Numbered from the stretch's first letter, positions 19,351 through 30,259 are shown. The stretch is 64,000 nt of DNA from Steroidobacteraceae bacterium (GCA_035531435.1 DATKSW010000041.1:2858-66857), one strand, 5' to 3'. Numbers and translations are program-made. Notes: generated by a model not told the origin, from the letters alone.

Positions 19351-20729
19351 TGGACCAGGAGCAAAGGTTCCTCGGCGTCCTGGCGAGTTCCCCGTTTCGC
19401 ATCGCCATCCTCTATTCGATCGTCTTTGCCCTCGGCGCCGTCGCCATGCTGGGCGGCGTCTATTTCGCCGTGTCGCGGGTCATCGACGGCAGCACCGACA
19501 ATCTAATCGAGGCGGAAGTGCAGGGTTTGCGCGAACAAGTCCTGGTGTTGTCGCGCAGCGATTTCATCGAGCTCATAGAGCAGCGCTCGCAGGATCAGGA
19601 AGTTCGCGGCGCCGTCTATCTGATGGTCGATCCGCAGCTGCGCCCGGTCGCGGGAAACTTGCCGTCGTGGCCGAAGATCGCCGCCGACCAGGGCAAATGG
19701 ATCCAGTTCAAGGTCGCCGTGCCCTACGGCGACGAAACGCGCGTGCACGAAGTTCGTGCACAGCGCTTCCCATTGCCCGGCGGCTATCGGATGTTGGTAG
19801 GACACGACGTGCAGGAACGCCAGGACGTCAAGAACGTGATGATGCGCGGCCTCGTGGCCGCGGTCGTCTTGACGATGCTGCTCGGTTTGAGCGGCGGCTT
19901 CTGGATGGGGAGGCGCATTCTCGCGCACGCCGGCGCCATATCGGCGGTGGCGACGCAAATCATGCGCGGCGACTTGTCGCAGCGTCTGCCGGTGCGCGAT
20001 GCGGAGGATGAACTGAATACTCTGGCGCGGGAAATCAACGGCATGCTCGACAAGATCGAACAGTTGACGCTCGGCATGCGCACCGTGCTGGATAGCGCGG
20101 CGCACGATCTGCGCACGCCCCTCAACCGCATGCAGTCGACCGCGGAGGCGGCGATACTGCAGCTCGATCCGGCATCGCCGGAGCGGCGCGTGCTCGAGAC
20201 CGTAACCACCGAGGTCGACCGCATGCGCGGCACCCTGGACGCTCTGCTGCGCATCGCCCTTGCGGAGACGGGGACGGTCGCCCGCGAAGCGGTTGATCTG
20301 TCCGAGTTGGTCGCGAGCATCGTCGATCTGTATGCGCCGGTCACCGAGGAGCGCGGCATCAAGCTGGAAAACGACGTCGCCGCGGGCGCCCACATCCAAG
20401 GTAGCCGCCAGCTGCTCGCGCAAGCTCTGGCCAATCTGCTGGATAATGCGATCAAGTTCACGCCGCAAGGGGGACGCATCCGCGTATTTCTGCGCAATGA
20501 GTTCGGCGGCCCCGAGGTGATCGTCGAGGACGATGGACCGGGAATTCCGGCCGACAAGCGCGAATTGGTGCTCGGGCGGCGGGTTCGCCTCGATCAAGCG
20601 CGCAAACTGCCGGGATCCGGTTTGGGGTTATCTTTGGTGGCGGCCGTGACCAAGCTGCACGGCGCCCGCTTGGTTCTCGACGACGCCGGTCCCGGCCTGC
20701 GCGTCGCTTTGAAGTTCAGACAAACGTGA
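19350..20729 (+). CDS. Sensor histidine kinase (two TM segments, HAMP, HisKA, HATPase)
   Basis: H-box AAHDLRTPLN, N-box LLDNAIKFT, G-boxes DDGPGI and GSGLGLS. GTG start overlaps the regulator's stop (TAGTG). Confidence 0.85.
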   Translation: MDQEQRFLGVLASSPFRIAILYSIVFALGAVAMLGGVYFAVSRVIDGSTDNLIEAEVQGLREQVLVLSRSDFIELIEQRSQDQEVRGAVYLMVDPQLRPVAGNLPSWPKIAADQGKWIQFKVAVPYGDETRVHEVRAQRFPLPGGYRMLVGHDVQERQDVKNVMMRGLVAAVVLTMLLGLSGGFWMGRRILAHAGAISAVATQIMRGDLSQRLPVRDAEDELNTLAREINGMLDKIEQLTLGMRTVLDSAAHDLRTPLNRMQSTAEAAILQLDPASPERRVLETVTTEVDRMRGTLDALLRIALAETGTVAREAVDLSELVASIVDLYAPVTEERGIKLENDVAAGAHIQGSRQLLAQALANLLDNAIKFTPQGGRIRVFLRNEFGGPEVIVEDDGPGIPADKRELVLGRRVRLDQARKLPGSGLGLSLVAAVTKLHGARLVLDDAGPGLRVALKFRQT

Positions 20730-20737
20730 GGAGACAC

Positions 20738-22759
20738 ATGAAATCGCATCGAACACGCCGGATCGCGGCCCTTGCCTTACTCGCGGCGGCATCCGCCGCT
20801 TCCGCGGCGCCGGTCTCCGGCGTCGATGGCCATTACGTCGATGCGGCGGTGCGTCCGCAGGACGACATATACAGGCATCTGAACGGCAAATGGCTGGATA
20901 CATGGCGGATTCCGGCGGACAAATCCTATTATGCGACGTTCACCGCGGTCGCGGACCAGACTCAGCGCCAACTCAAGGGTATCGTCGACGGACTCGCCGG
21001 CGGCGGCGCGGGCGGCGCCGACGCGCGCAAATTGGCCGATTTTTACGCGAGCTTCATGGACGTCAAACGGCTCGACGCCCTGGGCCTTGCGCCGCTGCGC
21101 TCGGAGTTTCGCCGCGTCGACGCGATCGCCGGCAAGGGCGATCTTGCGGACATGTTCGCCCATCTGAATCGGACCGAAGCCGCGGCGCCGTTCGACCTCG
21201 GCATCGACCAGGATGCGCGCGACTCGACCCGCTATGCGGTCACGCTTGCGCAGAGCGGCCTCGGCATGCCGGACCGGGATTACTATCTCAGCGACAATGC
21301 GAAGCTGCGGACGGTGCGCGCAAAGTACCTGGCGCATATCGAGAAGATGTTCACTCTGGCGGGCCTGCCGGATGCCGCCGGCAACGCGGCCGCGATCCTC
21401 AAGCTCGAGACTGCGATGGCGAAGATCCAGTGGACGCGGGTCGAGAATCGCGATCCCTTGAAGATCTACAACAAGACCACGATCGGCGACCTGCCGGCGC
21501 TGATGCCGAATTACGCGTGGAACCGCTATCTCGCAGGCACCGGGCTTGCGCATAAAATAGACTACGTGATCGTCAATCAGCCGAGCTATTTCAGCGCGCT
21601 CGGCAAGCTGATAGCGCAGACGCCGCTGTCCGTCTGGAAGGCCTATTTCAAATGGCACCTGCTGTCGGCGATGGCGCCGTATTTGTCGCAGCCCTTCGTC
21701 GACGAGCGGTTCGCGTTCGCCGGCACGGTGCTGCGCGGCGTACCGCGCAACGAACCGCGCTGGAAGCGCGGCCTGACGCTGCTAAACACCGCGCTCGGCG
21801 AGGCGCTCGGCAGGCTGTACGTGGAGAAGTATTTCCCGCCGCAGAACAAGGCGCGCATCGGCGCCCTGGTCCACAACCTCATCGAAACCTATCGCCGCGA
21901 GATCGGCACCTTGGACTGGATGAGCCCGCCGACGAGGAAGGGCGCGCTCGCGAAACTCGAGAAACTGGCCGTCAAAGTGGGCTACCCTGAGAAGTGGCGG
22001 GATTACACCGCGCTGCGGATCCGCCGCGACGACCTGTTCGGCAACGTGATGCGCGCCGACGAGTTCCAATATCGATATGATCTCGCGAAACTCGGCAAGC
22101 CGATCGACCGCACCGAATGGCAGATGACGCCGCAGACGGTCAACGCCTACTACAACCCCTTGATGAACGAGATCGTCTTTCCGGCGGCGATTCTGCAGCC
22201 GCCGTTTTTCAACGTGCAGGCGGACGATGCCGTCAATTACGGCGGCATCGGCGGGGTCATCGGTCACGAAATCAGCCACGCCTTCGACGATGAGGGCAGC
22301 CAGTTCGACGCCGACGGCAATTTGCACGACTGGTTCACCCCCGCTGATCACGCGAAGTTCGCCGCCAAGACGCGGGCGCTGGTCGCCCAGTACGCCCGCT
22401 ACGAACCCGTGCCGGGATTTCACGTCAACGGCAAATTGACGCTCGGCGAGAATATCGCCGACAACTCCGGGATCGCGATCGCCTACAAGGCGTATAGGAG
22501 ATCGCTCGACGGCAAGCGGCCGCCCGTCATCGACGGCATGACCGGCGACCAGCGGTTCTTCTACGGCTGGGTGCAAGTGTGGCGCGGCAAAGCCCGCAAG
22601 GCGCAGGCCATTCTGTGGCTGAAGAGCGACCCGCATTCGCCGTTTTACGTCCGCGGCAGCGCGCCGCTGCGCAATCAGGCCGCCTTTTACAGGGCCTTCG
22701 GCGTCTCGGCCGGCGACAAGATGTATTTGCCGCCGGATCGGCGGGTCACGATCTGGTGA
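20738..22759 (+). CDS. M13-family zinc metallopeptidase (PepO/neprilysin-like), secreted
   Basis: HEISHAFD zinc motif, GENIADNSG, signal peptide. ATG 20738 preceded by GGAGA. Confidence 0.9.
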   Translation: MKSHRTRRIAALALLAAASAASAAPVSGVDGHYVDAAVRPQDDIYRHLNGKWLDTWRIPADKSYYATFTAVADQTQRQLKGIVDGLAGGGAGGADARKLADFYASFMDVKRLDALGLAPLRSEFRRVDAIAGKGDLADMFAHLNRTEAAAPFDLGIDQDARDSTRYAVTLAQSGLGMPDRDYYLSDNAKLRTVRAKYLAHIEKMFTLAGLPDAAGNAAAILKLETAMAKIQWTRVENRDPLKIYNKTTIGDLPALMPNYAWNRYLAGTGLAHKIDYVIVNQPSYFSALGKLIAQTPLSVWKAYFKWHLLSAMAPYLSQPFVDERFAFAGTVLRGVPRNEPRWKRGLTLLNTALGEALGRLYVEKYFPPQNKARIGALVHNLIETYRREIGTLDWMSPPTRKGALAKLEKLAVKVGYPEKWRDYTALRIRRDDLFGNVMRADEFQYRYDLAKLGKPIDRTEWQMTPQTVNAYYNPLMNEIVFPAAILQPPFFNVQADDAVNYGGIGGVIGHEISHAFDDEGSQFDADGNLHDWFTPADHAKFAAKTRALVAQYARYEPVPGFHVNGKLTLGENIADNSGIAIAYKAYRRSLDGKRPPVIDGMTGDQRFFYGWVQVWRGKARKAQAILWLKSDPHSPFYVRGSAPLRNQAAFYRAFGVSAGDKMYLPPDRRVTIW

Positions 22760-23454
22760 AGCCCGATCTTTTGCTGCTCTCCGGCCTGTTGTCCGACGAG
22801 ACCGTCTGGGAGGATGTCGCCGCACGGCTGGCGGCCGCGGCGCAGGTGAGGATCATCACCTTCCCGCAGTATGCATCGCTCGGCGCAATGGCGCAGCATG
22901 CGCTGTGCGGCGCACCCCGGCGCTTTGCGGTCGCGGGCCATTCGATGGGCGGACGCGTCGCGCTCGAGCTGTGGCGGCTCGCGCCTGAGCGCATCGCGGG
23001 GCTGGCGCTCCTCAATACCGGCGCCTCGGCATGCGGCGCGGGCGAACCGCAGAGCCGCGGCCGGCTCGTACGGCTCGCCCGCGAACGCGGCATGGCGGCG
23101 CTCGCGGCCGAGTGGCTGCCGCCGATGCTGGGCGCGCCGCCGGCGCGGCGGCCCGAGGTGCTCGCGCGCCTCGTTTCGATGATAGAGCGGCAAACGCCGG
23201 AAAGCTTCGCCGCGCAGCAACAGGCGCTGCTCGAACGGCCGGAAGCCGAATTGCTGCTGCCGACCATTCGCGTGCCGACGCTGTTGCTAAGCGCCTGCGC
23301 GGATGCCTGGTCGCCGCCGTCGCAGCACGAAACGATGCGGCGCGCGATCGCGCACTCGACGCTGGTCGTCGTCGACGACGCAGGGCACATGGCGCCGATC
23401 GAACAACCGGATGCCGTTGCAGAGGCCCTGCGCGAGTGGCTGGCGGGGCTCTAG
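22756..23454 (+). CDS. Alpha/beta-fold hydrolase
   Basis: GHSMGG nucleophile elbow, C-terminal DDAGHM. GTG start makes a GTGA overlap with the peptidase stop. Confidence 0.75.
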   Translation: MKPDLLLLSGLLSDETVWEDVAARLAAAAQVRIITFPQYASLGAMAQHALCGAPRRFAVAGHSMGGRVALELWRLAPERIAGLALLNTGASACGAGEPQSRGRLVRLARERGMAALAAEWLPPMLGAPPARRPEVLARLVSMIERQTPESFAAQQQALLERPEAELLLPTIRVPTLLLSACADAWSPPSQHETMRRAIAHSTLVVVDDAGHMAPIEQPDAVAEALREWLAGL

Positions 23455-23563
23455 CGCCGCGCTCCAGGCAAACGCCGCTTTAAAACGAATCCACGGCCGA
23501 GCGGCAGCGCACTCGGCGATGAGCCGCGTCCATGCGTGCTACTGATGCAAGGATTCTTGCGCA

Positions 23564-23580
23564 CGCACCATTTGGGTGCC
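23564..23580 (+). promoter_or_regulatory. NtrC-type dyad cGCACCatttgGGTGCc
   Basis: 10/12 match to TGCACC-N5-GGTGCA, about 66 bp upstream of the glnK -24 element. A second weaker dyad, TGCAAGgattCTTGCG, lies at 23546-23561. Confidence 0.45.
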
Positions 23581-23624
23581 GTTCGTATCAGCCAAATTGG
23601 CGGCATATCAGCGCAAGCCCGTGA

Positions 23625-24068
<444 letters not shown>

Positions 24069-24088
24069 AACCAGGGGGATTCGCATTG

Positions 24089-25477
24089 ATGAGCAAATTG
24101 TCGCGATTATTGTTGCTTTGCGCGCTGACGCTGCCGCTGCCGCTGCAGGCGGTCTGGGCCGACGACGCCTCGAGCGCATCGTCTGCGGCGTCGACGGTGA
24201 CGACCGTGGCTCCGGCGGCCGCGCCGGCGGCGGCGCCGACGGCACCATTCCTAGTGACGACCGACAAGATCAACTCGGGCGACACCGCCTGGATGCTGAC
24301 TTCCACGGCCCTCGTGTTGATGATGACGATTCCGGGACTCGCGCTGTTCTACGGCGGCATGGTCCGCAAGAAGAACATCCTGTCGACGCTGATGCAGAGT
24401 TTCGCGATCACTTGCGTGGTCTCGATCCTCTGGTGGGCGGTAGGCTACTCATTGGCGTTCACGCCGGGCAGTACGCCTTATCTGGGCGGGCTGAGTCGAG
24501 CATTCTTCAAGGGCGTGGTGTACATGCACGACGCCGGCAAGGTCAGCGTTTCGCATCTCGCGACGACGATTCCGGAAACCGTCTATGCGTTGTTCCAGGC
24601 GACGTTCGCGATCATCACGCCGGCGCTGATCTGCGGGTCGTTCGCGGAACGCATGAAATTTTCGGCGATGATGTGGTTCATGGCCGTCTGGTTGATCGCG
24701 GTGTATTGCCCGGTCGCGCACTGGATGTGGGAGCCGAGCGGCTGGTTCGCGGCCACGCAGCTGGACTTCGCCGGCGGTACCGTGGTGCACATCAATGCCG
24801 GCATTGCCGGCTTGGCCAGCGCGTTGATGCTCGGCAAGCGTCAGGGCCTCGGCAAGGAAGCCATGGCCCCGCACAATTTGACGCTGACCGTAATCGGCGC
24901 CTCGCTGCTGTGGGTCGGCTGGTTCGGATTCAACGCCGGGTCTGCAGTCGCCTCCGACGGCCGCGCGGGGATGGCCTTTGCCGTCACGCATATCGCGACC
25001 GCCGCCGCCGCGCTTTCCTGGATGTTCACGGAGTGGCTCACCAAGGGAAAGCCGAGCGTCCTCGGCATCGCCTCGGGTGCGGTCGCGGGCTTGGTCGCCA
25101 TCACCCCGGCCTCGGGCTTCGTCTCGCCCGACTCGTCGGTGATTATCGGGGTTCTGGCCGGCGTGGTTTGCTACTTCTCCGCGACTTCGCTGAAGAGAGC
25201 CCTCGGCTACGACGACGCGCTCGATGCCTTCGGCGTGCACTGCATCGGCGGCATCGTCGGTGCCCTGCTGACCGGCGCGCTGGTCAGCAAGGAGATCAGC
25301 GGGGCGACGGGCAGCGTGCTGTTGCAGCTCAAGGGTGTGACCGCGACGCTCGTCTGGAGCTTCGGGATGAGCCTGATCATCTTGAAGGTCATCGATATGA
25401 CGATCGGCCTGCGCGTCACGGCCGAGGAAGAGCGCGAAGGTCTCGACATCTCGCTGCACGGCGAGAGCTTGGAGTAA
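24089..25477 (+). CDS. amtB: Ammonium transporter AmtB
   Basis: Signal peptide, DFAGGTVVHINAG and FGVHCIGGIVG motifs, 11-12 TM segments. Confidence 0.92.
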   Translation: MSKLSRLLLLCALTLPLPLQAVWADDASSASSAASTVTTVAPAAAPAAAPTAPFLVTTDKINSGDTAWMLTSTALVLMMTIPGLALFYGGMVRKKNILSTLMQSFAITCVVSILWWAVGYSLAFTPGSTPYLGGLSRAFFKGVVYMHDAGKVSVSHLATTIPETVYALFQATFAIITPALICGSFAERMKFSAMMWFMAVWLIAVYCPVAHWMWEPSGWFAATQLDFAGGTVVHINAGIAGLASALMLGKRQGLGKEAMAPHNLTLTVIGASLLWVGWFGFNAGSAVASDGRAGMAFAVTHIATAAAALSWMFTEWLTKGKPSVLGIASGAVAGLVAITPASGFVSPDSSVIIGVLAGVVCYFSATSLKRALGYDDALDAFGVHCIGGIVGALLTGALVSKEISGATGSVLLQLKGVTATLVWSFGMSLIILKVIDMTIGLRVTAEEEREGLDISLHGESLE

Positions 25478-25628
25478 ATGCGGCAAAGTCCGGCGGCATC
25501 CGGCCGCCGGACTCCTGCCGGATGGGCTGCCGATCGAATGAGTGCGACGCGGAGCCCGCGGCGGATTTGCGCGCTCTTGTTCCCCACATGTGCCAATTGC
25601 CACGTATCACCTAAGGAGTGACCAGTTT

Positions 25629-26813
25629 ATGAAGAGACATGTATACGGAATCCCGGCGGCGGCGCTGCTGCTGGGTACGGCGGTGGCCGGCGTCGCTGCG
25701 GCGGATACGCCCGCCAAGGCCGCTGCGCCGACGCTCTCCGGCATGCTCGACGCGGCCGGCGTCGCGATCACGGGTTACGTGGACGCCGCGTATGAATATC
25801 AGTCCGGCGCGGGCGTGTTTTCGAGCGGTACGCCGGACCGCGTGTTCGATACGCGCGTCGACAGCTTTACGCTGCACCAAGCGTCGGTCACGGTCGCCAA
25901 ACAGCCCAAGGACGGCTGGGGCGCCCTCGTCAACTTGACGGCCGGTCAGGATGCCGAAGTCATCAAATCGTATCCGGTGACGGGCGGCTCGAATTTCGAC
26001 GTGACGCAAGCCTTCGTGCAGTATGCAACCGGTCCGCTGACCCTGATGCTGGGCAAGTTCGTCACCTTGTCGGGCGCCGAAGTGATAGCGCCCACTGGCG
26101 ACACGAATTTTTCGCGCTCAATCCTGTTCGGCTACGCCATTCCATTCACGCATACGGGGTTTCGCGCCAGTTACGCGATCAACGATCAATGGTCCCTGGT
26201 GCTCGGCGTCAACAACGGCTGGGACCAGATCAGCGATGCCAACAAGCAAAAGACGCTCGAATATGGCGTGACCTACGCGCCCATCAAGACGTTCTCGGTG
26301 ACGGTCGACGGTTACGCCGGCAAGGAACCGCTCGGCTTCGTGAATAATTCGCCGACCACCGCGCAGGGCCAACGCTTCCTCGTCGACGTCGTCGCGACCT
26401 GGAACGCGACCGGCAAGCTGACCTTCATCGCCAACTATGACAACGGCCGGCAAAAGGACGATACCGCGGGTGCTGCCGTCACCGAGTACAAATGGGATGG
26501 CGTAGCCGGCTATGCGAACTATCAGTTCACGGATCAGTGGCAAGTTTCGCTGCGAGGCGAGTACTTCGACGACAAGAACGGTTATCGTACCGGAGTCGTC
26601 GACCCGGTATCCGGCAACGGCCAAAAGTGGAAGGAGGCCACCGTTACGCTGAACTACACGCCGACCGCGAACGTGGTCGTGCGCTTCGAAGGCCGTTACG
26701 ATACGTCCAACATCCACGATGCATTCGTGAAGAGCGTCGACGCATCCAACCAACCGGCGAGCTTCGCCGATAACATAGATTCCCTGGCTGTCGAGGCTTT
26801 GTACAAATTCTAG
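25629..26813 (+). CDS. Outer-membrane beta-barrel porin (OmpL-like/porin-2 type)
   Basis: Signal peptide, alternating beta-strand pattern, C-terminal ...EALYKF. ATG preceded by AAGGAG. Confidence 0.7.
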   Translation: MKRHVYGIPAAALLLGTAVAGVAAADTPAKAAAPTLSGMLDAAGVAITGYVDAAYEYQSGAGVFSSGTPDRVFDTRVDSFTLHQASVTVAKQPKDGWGALVNLTAGQDAEVIKSYPVTGGSNFDVTQAFVQYATGPLTLMLGKFVTLSGAEVIAPTGDTNFSRSILFGYAIPFTHTGFRASYAINDQWSLVLGVNNGWDQISDANKQKTLEYGVTYAPIKTFSVTVDGYAGKEPLGFVNNSPTTAQGQRFLVDVVATWNATGKLTFIANYDNGRQKDDTAGAAVTEYKWDGVAGYANYQFTDQWQVSLRGEYFDDKNGYRTGVVDPVSGNGQKWKEATVTLNYTPTANVVVRFEGRYDTSNIHDAFVKSVDASNQPASFADNIDSLAVEALYKF

Positions 26814-26827
26814 ATAGCGCCGCGCCG

Positions 26828-26874
26828 GCGGCAAGTCCCGCGCCGCCGCCGGCGACCGGGCTTGCCGCTTTCTG
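26828..26874 (+). terminator. Rho-independent terminator after the porin gene
   Basis: GCGGCAAGtCCCG ... CGGGCTTGCCGC stem (one bulge) followed by TTTCTG. Confidence 0.5.
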
Positions 26875-26949
26875 ATACGCCGGATGTCGCTCGTCGGCCA
26901 TTGCCTCTATACTTTGGCGCCTGTGTTCGGCGGACTGGGGACTTCGGCG

Positions 26950-28215
26950 ATGAGCGCGGCTCAGGCGGCGATAAATCCGGATTGCGGATTAAAATGCCGG
27001 TTCTGCGGCGGGAGCGAGCTGACGACGTTCGTCGATCTGGGCATGTCGCCGCTTTGTCAGACGCATATCGAAGCGCGGAACTTGAACGCGATGGAGCGGT
27101 TTTTCCCGCTGCACGCGCGCGTTTGCGGCGCCTGCTTCCTGGTGCAGCTCGAGGAATTCGTCGCGCCGGCCGACTTGTTCGGCGAATACGCGTACTTTTC
27201 CTCTTATGCCGATTCCTGGGTGGAGCACGCGCGCCGCTATGCCGAGGCGATGCGCGCGCGCTTGGCCTTGAGCGCGCACAGCCTGGTCATCGAGATTGCA
27301 AGCAACGATGGCTATTTGCTGCAGCATTTCGCCGCGGCCGGCGTGCCCGTTGTCGGCATCGAACCGGCGCAAAACGTCGCCGAGGTCGCGCGCGGCCGGG
27401 GAATTCGCACCGATGTGTCGTTTCACGGCCGCGCCAATGCCGCGCGCATCGCCGGCCAATACGGACGGGCCGATCTACTACTCGGCAACAACGTGCTGGC
27501 GCACGTGCCGGATCTGAACGACTTCGTCGCGGGCATGAAGGCGCTGTTGAAGCCGGACGGCGTCGTGACGATGGAATTCCCGCATTTGCAGCGACTGATG
27601 GAACAGAATCAATTCGATACGATTTATCATGAGCACTTCAGCTATTTCTCGTTGCTGACGGCCGAAAAGGTGTTTGCCGCACACGGCTTGACGCTGTTCG
27701 ACGTCGATGAACTCTCGACGCACGGCGGTTCGCTACGAGTGTACGCACGGCATGCGCAAGATTCGTCGCGGCCGGTGGATCCGCGAGTCGCCGAATTGCG
27801 GCGGCGGGAGCTCGCTTTGGGCTACGCGCAGATCGCGACCTATCGACGGTTCGACGAGCAGGTGCGGCGGACGAAGCGCGATATTCTCGCGTTCCTGATC
27901 GAACTGAAGCGCGCCGGCAAGACCATCGTCGGCTACGGCGCTCCGGGTAAGGGCAATACGCTGTTAAACTATTGCGGCCTGCGTACGGATTTTCTCGATT
28001 ACACCGTCGATCGCAATCCCTACAAGCAGGGAAAGTACACGCCCGGTACGCATATTCCGATTTTCTCGCCGGCCAGAATCCGCGAGACCAAGCCGGACTA
28101 TATTTTGATCTTGCCCTGGAATTTGCGCGCCGAAATCACCGCGCAGACGGCTTTTGTGCGCGCTTGGGGAGGTCAATTCATCATTCTCATACCCAGGCCG
28201 GAAATCATCTCCTGA
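26950..28215 (+). CDS. SAM-dependent C-methyltransferase (zinc-ribbon N-terminus plus C-methyltransferase C-terminal domain; NDP-hexose C-methyltransferase-like)
   Basis: CRFCGG...PLC...CGAC zinc motif, EIASNDGY SAM fold, TylCIII-like C-terminal region. Confidence 0.75.
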   Translation: MSAAQAAINPDCGLKCRFCGGSELTTFVDLGMSPLCQTHIEARNLNAMERFFPLHARVCGACFLVQLEEFVAPADLFGEYAYFSSYADSWVEHARRYAEAMRARLALSAHSLVIEIASNDGYLLQHFAAAGVPVVGIEPAQNVAEVARGRGIRTDVSFHGRANAARIAGQYGRADLLLGNNVLAHVPDLNDFVAGMKALLKPDGVVTMEFPHLQRLMEQNQFDTIYHEHFSYFSLLTAEKVFAAHGLTLFDVDELSTHGGSLRVYARHAQDSSRPVDPRVAELRRRELALGYAQIATYRRFDEQVRRTKRDILAFLIELKRAGKTIVGYGAPGKGNTLLNYCGLRTDFLDYTVDRNPYKQGKYTPGTHIPIFSPARIRETKPDYILILPWNLRAEITAQTAFVRAWGGQFIILIPRPEIIS

Positions 28216-28354
28216 AGATGCGCCGCAGGCGTATGTTACGGTGGCGATGAGGCGCCCGCGCGCGGCGCACCGATCCGCCGCCTGCCGCGCTCCCGTGAAC
28301 GAGGAGCCGTAGGAAACTGTCAACGCATCATCGCCGCACAGGAGACCGGCCGCT

Positions 28355-30259
28355 TTGCCGCCAGTTCCCGCCGTGACCCGCTACTCCGCCTTCGGCCTGC
28401 AACGCCGCCGTTTGCCGGTTTGGCTGCTGTGCGCCGCCGTCGCCTGCGCTTGTGCTGCGATCGTTGCCCGCGCCGCCAACCCGCAGGCGTACGCGGTGCA
28501 GTTGGCAGCGAGCGGCAACGCTGCGTTGGACGCGACGCTCGCGGCCACGTCCGAGTTGAGGTCGCTGCAGGATACCGCGCCGGTGAGTCCATTCGGCTTG
28601 ATAGTGCGTGCCCGCGCCGACGTCGATCGCTTGCACACGGTCCTGGAGAGCTTCGGTTACTACCGGTCAGCGGTAGCCGTCACCATCGACGGCGAACCGC
28701 TCGACGACCCTCGTCTCGGCGAGGCGATTTCCGCGCGTCCCACGGGCAGCGTGTCGCGGGTCGCGGTCAAATTTCAGCTGGGTCCCTTGTATCACCTGCG
28801 GCGCATCGACATCGACGGCAGTTTGCCGGATTCGGCGCGCGGCGCGCTCGGCCTCGCCGCCGGCGAACCGGCCGTAGCCGCCGCGGTACTTGCCGGCGGC
28901 GCGCGTCTGTTGACGGCCCTGCAGGACCAGGGGTACGCGTTTGCGCAAGTCGCCGCTCCGGTTGCATACGAGGATCCGAGCGCGCCGCTCCTCGATCTCG
29001 ATTTTCACGTCGTCGCCGGACCGCGGGTGCAGGTCGGCGCGATTCGCATCGTCGGTCTGCAGCGCGTCCACGAGTCGCTGCTGCGCGCAAAACTGCGGCT
29101 GCACACGGGGGACGCGTATTCGCCGCAGGCAATCGATCGGGCGCGGCGCGATCTGTTGAGCTTGGGGGTGTTCACCGCGGTCAGCGTGAGGCTCGGCGCA
29201 GCGGCCGACAGCCGCGGTGGCGTGCCGGTCACGTTCGACGTTCACGAACGTCTGCGGCACGCGGCGTCGGTCGACGCCGCCTACTCCAGCGACTTGGGCG
29301 GCAGCGGCGGCATCACCTGGACGGATCGGGACGTATTCGGCAATGCCGAGCAGCTGGATCTTGCGGCCTCGGTGACCAATATCGGTGGCACCGCGGCGAC
29401 CGCGCTCGGCTACGATACCAGCGCGCAATTGCTGAAGCCGGATTTTGGACGGGCCGATCAATCGCTGCAGTTTGCCGTGACTGCGCTAAAGCAGTCGCTG
29501 CAGGCTTACCAGCAAACCGCGGTCACCGGCGGCGCCACGCTCACCCGCAAGCTGTCGCACGACTGGAGCGCGAATCTCGGCGTGACCGGCACCCAGGAGG
29601 CGGTCGCCCAAGAGGGCAATAGGTACGATTATACCTTGGTAGCGGCGCCGATCGGCTTGACCTACGACTCGACTGACTTGAATTCACCGCTCGACGATCC
29701 GCTGCACGGCATGCGCGACTCCTTGAGCGTGACGCCGACGCGCTCGTTCGGGATCACGAGTGCGACCTTCGTGATCACGCAGGTGAAGCTCGCCGCGTAC
29801 TTCGATCTGCACGAGCTCTCGCTCGCAGCGGCCGGACGCAGCGTGATCGCGCTGCGCGCGCTCGCCGGCCTCGCGCAGGGGGCGGCAGAGTTCAGTTTAC
29901 CGCCCGACCAGCGCTTCTACGGCGGCGGCTCCGGCACGATCCGCGGCTACCGCTACCAGGCCGTGGGCCCGCAATTTGCCGACGGCAATCCGATCGGCGG
30001 CACCGCGATCATTGCCGGCAGCATCGAGTTCCGCCAGCGTTTCGGCACTAGCTTCGGCGCGGTCGCATTCGTCGATGGCGGCCAAGTCAGCGCCAGCCTG
30101 AAGCCGCTGCCCAACGTGTTGCGCATCGGCGTCGGCGCCGGCATGCGCTACTACACGCCCGTGGGCCCGATTCGCGTCGATGTCGCCGTGCCCACGAAGC
30201 GCTACAGCACGCACGACGACCGGTTCGAGATCTACGTCGGTTTGGGGCAGGCTTTCTGA
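28355..30259 (+). CDS. tamA: TamA (Omp85-family translocation and assembly module subunit)
   Basis: POTRA-like N-terminal repeats, Omp85 barrel with RFYGGGSGTIRGY, C-terminal GLGQAF. TTG start is approximate. Confidence 0.8.
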   Translation: MPPVPAVTRYSAFGLQRRRLPVWLLCAAVACACAAIVARAANPQAYAVQLAASGNAALDATLAATSELRSLQDTAPVSPFGLIVRARADVDRLHTVLESFGYYRSAVAVTIDGEPLDDPRLGEAISARPTGSVSRVAVKFQLGPLYHLRRIDIDGSLPDSARGALGLAAGEPAVAAAVLAGGARLLTALQDQGYAFAQVAAPVAYEDPSAPLLDLDFHVVAGPRVQVGAIRIVGLQRVHESLLRAKLRLHTGDAYSPQAIDRARRDLLSLGVFTAVSVRLGAAADSRGGVPVTFDVHERLRHAASVDAAYSSDLGGSGGITWTDRDVFGNAEQLDLAASVTNIGGTAATALGYDTSAQLLKPDFGRADQSLQFAVTALKQSLQAYQQTAVTGGATLTRKLSHDWSANLGVTGTQEAVAQEGNRYDYTLVAAPIGLTYDSTDLNSPLDDPLHGMRDSLSVTPTRSFGITSATFVITQVKLAAYFDLHELSLAAAGRSVIALRALAGLAQGAAEFSLPPDQRFYGGGSGTIRGYRYQAVGPQFADGNPIGGTAIIAGSIEFRQRFGTSFGAVAFVDGGQVSASLKPLPNVLRIGVGAGMRYYTPVGPIRVDVAVPTKRYSTHDDRFEIYVGLGQAF

